A stretch of 64,000 bases of DNA from the human T2T-CHM13v2.0 reference genome, Homo sapiens, in assembly GCF_009914755.1 (NCBI RefSeq), contig NC_060931.1; one strand, written 5' to 3'. Both the position numbers and the translations under genes were made by a program. How positions within the stretch are numbered: position 1 is the stretch's first letter; every line of letters starts with the position of its first letter. The notes under the pieces were generated by a model, which had not been told where the DNA came from, made no database searches, and saw nothing but the letters and a program-made list of their open reading frames with translations. Of the stretch, positions 48,738-64,000 are shown piece by piece.

Positions 48738-49307
48738 AGCCAAATATATAGATGAGCTTGGAAGTACCTCCAAGTACCAGAAGGCCATACTATTCATCTA
48801 CAATGCAGCTGGAGAGGTCTTTAAAAATAAAACAAAACATAAAGTAGATCGATCATTTCACATCCTACTAAAAACCTTCCAGTGGCTTCCTAATTGCAAA
48901 TCAAAGCCACATGCTATGGGATAAACAAATCAGCTCTAAAGGACCAAAGTTGAGACCACTGACTGTGTGTGCCTCAGGGGTCTGGAACTGAGCTCCTGGC
49001 CAGAGCTGCCGACCCGAAGCCTTTGGTGAAGAGTCTAGGGAAAAGCCAGGGCCCCGGGCCTGGGCTGCATAGGTGTGCCAAGTTCCCCCAAGACTCATGC
49101 AGCATGGAAGCCCTGCCCTGGGAACCAGTGAACCTGGTAAGAACTTAGCAGAGACAACCATAAAATTGTCCCAAGAAATACCTCCATAAGTCAAGACACA
49201 TGCAGGACCCCACAGAATATAAGCTCCACCAAAGATGATCTCACAGACAACAATGACAAAACAAATAGTCTTACACCAGTTCTAGTGGTAGTTCTTACAT
49301 AACAGCC

Positions 49308-49633
<326 letters not shown>

Positions 49634-49636
49634 TAA

Positions 49637-49958
<322 letters not shown>

Positions 49959-50431
49959 AACTATGTGGATAATGCAAATTCTCCAGTTCCAGAAACAGAT
50001 TTTTTAAAAGCTTGGAATTCCACCTTATCCCATGTTTTAATACATCTTTAAATAAGTACAAATGCGTTTTACTTTCTTTTCCAAGTTTTAAGTTGTGGTA
50101 AAATACACGTAATATAAAATTTACCATCTGAACCATTTTTAAGTGTACAGTTCACTGGCACTGAGAACATTCACACTATTGTACAACCATCACCGCTATC
50201 CATCGGCAGAACTCTTCCTCTTGCAAAACTGAAACTCTATCCTATTAAACAATTTCTCCCCATCTCCCTTCCCCCAAGCCCCTGGCAACCACCATTCTAC
50301 TTTGTGTCTCTATGTTTGTGATTACTCCAGGCACTTCATAGAAGTGGAATCATACAGTATTTGTCTTTTTAGGACTCACTTATTTTGCCTAAGATAATGT
50401 CTTCAAGGTTCATCCATGTTGTAGCATGTAA

Positions 50432-50765
<334 letters not shown>

Positions 50766-50964
50766 TAATATTCCGTTGTATAAATAACCACATTTTGCTT
50801 ATCCATTCATCCACTGATGCACACCTGGGTTGCTTCCACATTTTAGCTGATGTGTAAATAATGCTGCTGTGAACATGGGTCTACAAACATCTCTTCATGA
50901 GCCTGCCTTCAATTCTTTTGGGTGTCTATCCAGAAGCAAAATTGATGAATCATATGGTAATTCT

Positions 50965-51280
50965 ATTTTTATTTTATTTATTTTATTATTTTTTTGAGAC
51001 GGAATCTTCCTCTGTTGCCTAGGCAGGAGTGCAGTGGCGCGATCTTGGCTCACTGCAACCTCGGCCTCCTGGGTTCAAGTGATTTTCTCCTGCCTCAGCC
51101 TCCCAAATAGCTGGGATTACAGGTGCCTGCCACCGTGCCTGGCCAATTTTTTGTATTTTTAGTAGAGATGGGGTTTCACCATATTGGCCAGGCTGGTCTC
51201 GAACTCCTGATCTCAAGTGATCCGCTCACCTCGCCCTCCCAAAGTGCTGGGATTACAGGAGTAAGCCACCATGCCCGGGT
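50965..51280 (-). mobile_element. AluS
   Basis: Full Alu. Confidence 0.9.
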
Positions 51281-51611
51281 TACTTTTAATATTTTGAGGA
51301 ACCACCTGACTGTTTTCTACAGTGGCTGCACCATCTTACATTCCCACCAACACTGCACAAGAGTTCCAATTTCTCCACATCCTCACCAGTACTTGTTATT
51401 TTCTGGGGTTTTATTTATTGTTTGTTTGTTTGTTTTTGATAGTAGCCATCCTAATGGGTGAGAGGTGGTATCTCACTGTAGTTTTGATTTGCATTTTCCT
51501 AATGATTAATGATTTTGAGCATTTTTTCAAGTGCTTATTGGCCATTTGTATATATCTTCTTTTTTTTTTATTTTTTTTTTATTTTTTTATTTTTTATTTA
51601 TTTATTTATTT

Positions 51612-51710
51612 TATTATACTTCAAGTTCTAGGGTACATGTGCACAACGTGCAAGTTTGATACATAGGTATACACGTGCCATGTTGGTTTCCTACACCCAT
51701 CAACTCGTCA
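51612..51710 (-). mobile_element. Older L1PA (about PA6-PA8-like) 3'-terminal fragment carried inside the L1HS insertion
   Basis: Minus strand tgacgagttgatgggtgtaggaaaccaacatggcac...ctagaacttgaagtataataaa, flanked by two A tails. Confidence 0.85.
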
Positions 51711-51936
51711 TTTTTTTTTTTTTTTTTTTTTATTATACTCTAAGTTTTAGGGTACATGTGCACATTGTGCAGGTTAGTTACATATGTATACATGTGCCAT
51801 GCTGGTGCGCTGCACCCACTAATGTGTCATCTAGCATTAGGTATATCTCCCAATGCTATCCCTCCCCCCTCCCCCGACCCCACCACAGTCCCCAGAGTGT
51901 GATATTCCCCTTCCTGTGTCCATGTGATCTCATTGT

Positions 51937-53245
<1,309 letters not shown>

Positions 53246-54106
53246 TAGAGAAATGTTTATTCAAGTCCTTTGCCCATTTCTGAATTGGGTTTTTCATCGC
53301 TGAGTTTTAGGAGTTCTCTATATGATCTGGATATTAATCCTTTATCAGATATATGATATACAAATATTTTCTTCCATTCTGTAGGTTGCCTTTTTTAATG
53401 TTGATAGTGTCTATTGATGCCCCAAAAGTGTTAATTTTCATGAAGTCCAGTTTGTCTGGTTTTGTAGTTGTTGCCTGTGCCTTTTGGTGTCATAGCTCAG
53501 AAATCAATGCCAAATCAAATGTCACGACAGTTTTGCCCCGTGTTTTCTTCTTAGAGTTTTATAATTTTAGGTCTTACATTTAGGTCATGGATCAATTTTG
53601 AGTTAATGTTTGTATATGGTGTAAGATAAGTGTCCAAATTCATTCTCTTGCATGTGGATATCCAGTTTTCCCAGCACTATCTGGTGAAAAAAAAAAGTTT
53701 TTTCCTCATTGAATGGCCTTGGCACTCTGTTGAAAAATCATTTAATCATATATTGAGGAGAGTTTATTTCTGGGCTCTCTATTGTATTTAATTGTTCTAT
53801 ATGTTTGTCTTTATGCCAGTACCACACTGTTTTAATTACTATAGTTTTATAATAAGTTTTGAAATCAGGAAAAACATAGTCCCCCAGCTATGTTTTTCTT
53901 TTTCTGGATGGTTTTGGCTACTCAGAGTCCCTTGAGATTCCATATTAATTTTAAGATGGGTTTTTCTGTTTCTGCAAAAACATTATTGGGATTTTGATAG
54001 AGATTGCAATAAATCTGTAGATTGTTGTTTTGCCACATCTTAACAATATTAAATCTTCCAATCCATGAACATGGGATGTGTTTCCTTTTATTTATGTCTT
54101 CTTTAA

Positions 54107-54545
<439 letters not shown>

Positions 54546-54953
54546 TTAATTTCCTTTTCAGATCGTTCATTGTTCATGTTTAAAAATGCAACTGACTTTT
54601 GCATATTGACTTTGTACCTTGCTACTTTGCTGAATTTGCTTATTGGTTTTAACAGACTTTTTGGTGGTATCCTTAGGATCACAGCATTTAAAATAAGATC
54701 ACATCATCAGCTACAGAGATAATTTTACCTCTTCCTTTCCAATTTGGATGCCTTTTATTTCTTTTTCTTGCCTAATTGCTCCGTTTAGGACTTCCAGTAC
54801 TATGTTGAATATAAGTGGCAAAGTTAGGCATCCTTGTAATGTTCCTGGATCTTAGAGGAAGAGCATTTGGTATTTTACCATTGAATGTGACGTCTGCTGT
54901 GGGTTGTTAATATATAACTTCTATTATGTTGAGATAGTTTCCTCTATTCCTAG

Positions 54954-55345
<392 letters not shown>

Positions 55346-55692
55346 TGAGATGATCATGTGGGTTTTTTCCTTCATTCTGTTAATGTGGTGTATTACATTG
55401 ACCAGTTTTCATAAGTTAAACCATCCTTGCATTCTGGCAATAAACCCTACTTGGTCATGGTGTATAATTTTTTTTAATATGCTGCTTAATTTGGTATACT
55501 AATATTTTATTGAAGATTTTTACATCAATGTTTATAAGGAATACTGATCAATAGTTTTCTTGTAGTGTCTTTGTCTAGCTTTGGTATCAGGGTAATCCTG
55601 ACCTCATCAAATGAATTAAGGAGTGTTCCCTTCTCTTCAATTTTTTGGAAAAGCTTGAGAAGAACTGGTGTTAGTTCTAAACGATCTTGTAA

Positions 55693-55850
55693 AGCCAGGC
55701 ATGGTGGCACATGTCTGTAGGCCCAGCTACTTGGGAGGCTAAAGTGGGAGGATCACTTGAGGCCAGGAGTTCAAGGCCATAGTGCACTATGATCATGCCT
55801 ATGAATAGCCACTGCACTGCTACCTGGGCAATACGGTGAGACTCTATCTT
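55693..55850 (+). mobile_element. FAM (fossil Alu monomer)
   Basis: Retains the 7SL-derived atgaatagccactgcact segment that dimeric Alus lack. Confidence 0.8.
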
Positions 55851-55948
55851 GTAATTTTTTTTAATTAATGCCTTTTTAAGAGTTAAAATCATGTACTGGT
55901 TAATTTCACTAAAACCAGAAATTAGTGGAAGGCTTGATTAAGGGAGGC

Positions 55949-55954
55949 TTTATT
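55949..55954 (-). terminator. Candidate distal poly(A) signal AATAAA
   Basis: U-rich upstream sequence and GU/U-rich downstream element (tttctggtttt on minus) about 30-40 nt 3'. Confidence 0.45.
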
Positions 55955-57180
55955 TGATGTTAACTTACCATTCCATAGACTATAAAGAACATTATAAAAA
56001 AACCCTCTAAAGTGACACATGCCCCAAATGACCAAGACATAAGCAAACCTTTTAAATTACTCATCTTTCATATGTGTGTTTGTTCCCCTACTATTATCAC
56101 TGTGTCTTCTGTCTTTTGTCTACCTATGAGAACTGCACACTATCTGTGGCAATATTGTGCTCCCAAAAGTCCAGAATTTCCCCCAAAGTATTAATATGTT
56201 GTGGATATAATGTGTAATATAGCACATCCTGTGTTATCAGGATATTCCCTGTGAAAGACTTACAAATTAGCAACCTTCTAAGATTTTGAGTTCTAATGTC
56301 CTAATTTGTGGGTAAATTATCTCCAACTCTTAGATTGCAACATCACTTGAGTAACTCTTTAGCAAACTCTTTAGCAAAGTATCACAATTACACTGCTTAG
56401 GCTTTTTAATACTAGCATTAATAATTCATGATGCTTGTGTACTGATCACCAAGCAAGGACCAATAAAATCTTGGCTATAACAAAGGAGGAAAAAAAGATG
56501 GTGAAATGTAGACATTTACAGACATACAAAGTTTAAGAGAGTTCACTGGGCAGAGAGCTTCTTACAAAAAGAGCCATGTAGTTTCTCTCCCAAAAGAGAT
56601 ACAAGTTCAGCCTCAAGGAAAGTTCAGAACTCCTAGGATAGTCCTATTTATAGTCTGGAAGGGACATTTGAGATCAAAAACGCCATCCTAAAGTTTTTTA
56701 CTTTTTTGGACATTATCCTGATTACCCAATGAGCCCAAGATGGAAACCAGAGGAGAGGATAGAGGGGAAGCCGTCTGGCTCCAGGGAAGGCATGAGTGGA
56801 ATTTCAGTCCAGACCTCTCTCTGAGGTATGCCCTCTTTCCTGGCCTCTGCATCTGCAGCTGACTTTTCACCAGGAAAGATCTCAGGGCCTCATCCCTTAT
56901 CACCTGCTGCTTGTCAACCAGCACTTGGGAGAGAGAGGGCTCCTCCACCAGTCCCCTGCCAGTCTTGGGGTGAGGGGGCAGCGTAGCTCTCATAATGCCT
57001 CCCTCTGGTAGCTCTTCTGAGCTTGGTGAGAAGCGCACACTCATCTGGGGTTACTTTCCAAGGAGAAGGTATTTTTAAATAGAAACGAGAAGTAATTATA
57101 AAGAAATGACTGCCTGGCAACAGAAATCTAAATCCCAAGCCCCAAGCTGGTGACAGTTGTAGCATGAACATCTGGTGATT

Positions 57181-57399
57181 CTATAATTAAAACATTGACA
57201 CCTCACCGTCGCTCGGCTCCCTGCAGCCCCACAGAAAACCTGGTGTAACTTTGCTCTTCTTTACGGGGGGAAAAAAAGTTATTTTCTTCCCTTTCTTCTC
57301 TGTTCAGACATAACATCATCAACATAGCTCTTTAAATATCTGTGCCGGGAAGCTATATTTAGCTACTATTTGGCCCTCAAAATGAGCCTGATTTCCTGT
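57181..57399. promoter_or_regulatory. MEF2 + ETS motif cluster (candidate enhancer)
   Basis: CTATAATTAA at 57181-57190, CTATATTTAG at 57353-57362, ATTTCCTGT at 57391-57399. Confidence 0.35.
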
Positions 57400-57675
57400 G
57401 GCAAAAAGTTCTCAGCAACAAGGAGAGAGGCCAGGAGTGTTCCAGGCACTGACAAACAGCTTTAAAACTTGAGATGCCCAAATGATGTGAAAAAGTTAAC
57501 TGAGTGCTTTTTCTGGATAGGTGGCTCACACTCCAATAGTAGGGGGAAAAATCACAAAGGGGTGTGTGTTTGGTCTGAACGTTTCCAGAGTCATCCTGGA
57601 GAACAGCTTGACGAGGGGCAACTCTTTGGGCCCATATGTTGTACACATCCCTCTTTCACAGGCAGGAGGGGAATC

Positions 57676-58110
57676 CATTCAATCATTCATTCACTCATTC
57701 ACTCTCACTTATTCACTCACTCTCTCATTTACTCCCTCATACACATACTCCTTTATTCACTCACATTCCTTCACTCTCATTCACTCATTTACTCACTCTG
57801 TCAATCTCTGATTTACTCACTCATTCAATCCCTCATTCACTCTTTCATTCACTCTCTCATTTACTCATTCATTCACTCACTCATTCATTCACTCACTCAT
57901 TTACTCATGCATTCAGTCACTCATCCATTCATTTATATACTCCTTCATTCACTCACTCATTCATTCACTCATTCACTGACTTGCTAACTCATTTACTCAC
58001 AAATTCAATCATTCATTCACTTACTCAATTACTCACATATTCAACCATTCATTCACTCACTCATTTACTTATCCATTTGGTCACTTACTTATTCATTCAC
58101 TCACTCAACA
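57676..58110. repeat. Degenerate (TTCA/CTCA)n repeat, probably an expanded L2 tail
   Basis: About 430 bp tetranucleotide array followed by L2-like caacacatttcctcagtagcccttatgtgc. Confidence 0.9.
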
Positions 58111-58787
58111 CATTTCCTCAGTAGCCCTTATGTGCAAAGCCCTGTGGCCTACAGGAGCTCTGGGTCATAAAGCAGAGAAGACACAAACCAGGGCCATCCC
58201 TGAAAAGGGCCCTTGGAAGGGCACAAAGTGAGTGCCATGGGGAACCTGGCCGGCAGTGGGCGCTTCCACTGGAGGCATTAGGGAAAGCTGTGGGCAGAAG
58301 AAACAGCCACCAGCCCTGGCTTTGGCTCTAGACCCTCTCGTTCAACACACACAATGAGCCTAGGTGTCAGTTCAAGATCCCATATTATGGGTGCAATGAC
58401 ATAGTTCCCAGGGTCTCCACAAAGTAATAAGGAACAGAACTGAAGCTGGAACTAAGACTGACTGCCAAGTCTTACTAGTATCCGGTGCTAGCTGCACTGC
58501 GACAGGGGGAGGCAGACAGCAAAATTTCTGCAAGGCTGCTTAGGAAGGTTCTACTCCATCTCTGCCTCCAAGACCCAGGGCAAACAGAGCAGCTCCTCTT
58601 CAAAGCAGGCAATGGACATTCTCCACCCTCTGATGCAACGCGGGCTATTCCAGCTTTCCCTCTTTGGAAACCATCCTGTCCTGTTCCTCTGCATATGTGG
58701 GTCTCTAGAGTCCCCAGGGATGAAAGGCCTGGTGGGGCAAGGGAAAGCACATTCACTTAGCCCTAAGGGTTTGCTGAGTGACATGCC

Positions 58788-60185
<1,398 letters not shown>

Positions 60186-60194
60186 CACAGAGCT

Positions 60195-61257
<1,063 letters not shown>

Positions 61258-61327
61258 CCTATAATTACTTTCCAGTATGGAAAGTTCCAGACAAAAACAA
61301 TCATCACCAATCTACGATTCCTGACTT

Positions 61328-62308
<981 letters not shown>

Positions 62309-62647
62309 TAAGTGGCAATTACAGACCGACGGGAGAATGATGGATCATTGGTGATAAATACACAAAAACCCAACCAAACAAAGACAGTTACTCCAGGAAT
62401 AACAAAAATGTGTGCAGGAAAGGAAAAGGATTCCAAGTACACAAGGAACTCAGCTGCCCCTATAGCACTTAGAAAGTCATGATAAAGTCAACAGTGAACA
62501 CAGAGTTAAAACTCTGTGGGGACAGGGGAAAATATTTGTCATGGGAAGTGAGGGGATATTTGAGTAAGTGAATGTTGGATCTTTATCTTCCATAATGGCA
62601 GGTTCATAACAATGGCTACAAACTATAGCAGTTAAAAGAATTAGCCG

Positions 62648-63475
62648 GGGCCCGGTGTGGTGGCTTACACCCATAATCTTAGCACTCTAGGAGGCCAAGG
62701 CAGGCAGATCACTCGAGGTCCGGAGTTCAAGACCAGCCTGGCCAACATGGTGAAACCTGTCTCTACTAAAAATACAAAAAAAAAAAAGACCAGGCGCGGT
62801 GGCTCACACATGTCCTCCCAACACTTTGGGAGGCCGAGGTGGGCAGATCACTTGAGGTCAGGAATTTGAGACCAGCCTCACCAACATGGTGAAATCCTAT
62901 CTCTACTAAAAATACAAAAAGTAGCCAGGCATGATGGCAGGCATCTGTAGTCCCAGCTACTCAGGAGGCTGAGGCATGAGAATTGCTTAAACCCAGAGGT
63001 GGAAGCTGCAGTGAGCTGAGATCACGCCACTGCATTCCAGCCTGGGTGACAGAGCGAAACTCTGTCTCAAAAAAGAAAAAAAAAAAAAGAATTAGCTGGG
63101 GCCAGTCATGATGGCTCACACCTGTAATCCCAGCACATTGGGAGGCTGATGTAGGAGGACTGCTTGAGGCCAGTAGTTCAAGATCAGGCTGGACAACATA
63201 GCGAGACCCCATTTCTAAAAAAAATTATTTAAAAATTAGATTAGTTTTGCAAGGAAGCCTTATGGTAAAAAAAATAAAATTAAAAATAAATAAATAAAAA
63301 TAAATTAGCTTAGCATGGTGGTGCACACTCCTGTAGTCCCAGCTATGTGGGAGGCTGAGGTGGGAGGGTCGCTTGAGCCCAAGAGTTAGAGGTTACAGTA
63401 AAGTATGATCATACTACTGCACTCCAGCCTGGGCAATAGAGGAAGACTCTGTCTCTAAAAAGAAAAGAAAAAAAA
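62648..63475 (+). mobile_element. Cluster of tandem/nested plus-strand Alus
   Basis: Left arm 62648-62789, AluS 62790-63090, AluJ arms 63099-63235 and 63300-63475. Confidence 0.88.
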
Positions 63476-63608
63476 GATTAGCTGATTACCTGGTTGTTTC
63501 TGGGAATCAAAAAATGGTTGGAGAAGGAGAAAAAGGCTGAGAGAATGCTGTTTTTTGGTAACAAGCCTGTATAACTATTCGGTTCTGGTAACTCTGTACA
63601 TGTATACC

Positions 63609-63614
63609 TTTAAT
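63609..63614 (-). terminator. Candidate proximal poly(A) signal ATTAAA
   Basis: Preceded on minus by U-rich tttgtttgttttgcgttttattttc. Confidence 0.35.
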
Positions 63615-64000
63615 GAAAATAAAACGCAAAACAAACAAATCAAGATCAGCAACTGATAACAGGCAGACACAAACGCCAGTCCTCCGACTTGGAGCCAACG
63701 TTCTTCCTGGCCTATCTCTACCCTTGCTCTCCAGCCTTTGCTTTTCCAGACTGGATAGTTCTGTCTGCATCCCTCATCATTTTAGTTGTCACTTCTGAGC
63801 TGGCTTTGTGCCATAATGTCTTTCTTGAGGTCACAGAACCAGAAACACACAGATTGCTCCAAGCACGCAGTTCTCCCAAGGCCCTCAACAAAGGCGGGTC
63901 ACAGTCCAGGTAAGCACCTCCTGACATTTCCCAGTAATTCTTTCCGTGGTTCTGCTCGCCACTCTCCAAAACTACACAGCTGCAAACTCAGGGAGTTCCC

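Noticed and set aside
56353-56376. 12-bp tandem duplication aactctttagca x2 (similar 18-bp-period duplication at 42468-42500)
   Set aside because: Common slippage events with no further structure.
57469-58124. H/S/L-rich ORFs
   Set aside because: Translation of the (TTCA)n repeat.

Overview
Primate, very likely human, genomic DNA. It is extremely Alu-dense (roughly half the window, about 110 Alu copies or arms) over fragmented old L1, L2, MIR and LTR remnants. I recognise no cellular protein-coding exon: the ORF track is almost entirely Alu- or simple-repeat-derived, apart from two intact L1 ORF2 fragments. The best-supported notable element is a young L1HS-Ta (Ta-0 diagnostics) insertion at 51563-53233. 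It is 5'-truncated, 5'-inverted by twin priming, and carries an apparent 3' transduction (about 100 bp of an older L1PA 3' end plus a second poly(A)), all inside one 13-bp TSD. A second oddity is a cluster of local duplications at 27.9-32.3 kb: a 30-bp inverted repeat and a 113/118-bp direct repeat 3.2 kb apart, suggesting a template-switch rearrangement. There is also an orphan CpG/E-box-rich stretch at about 33.3-34.1 kb. The last 8 kb look like a long minus-strand 3' UTR with two poly(A) signals bracketing inverted Alu clusters. I found no evidence for a wholly new biological system. Repeat boundaries are read by eye (about +/-10-20 bp) and subfamily calls are approximate unless diagnostics are cited.
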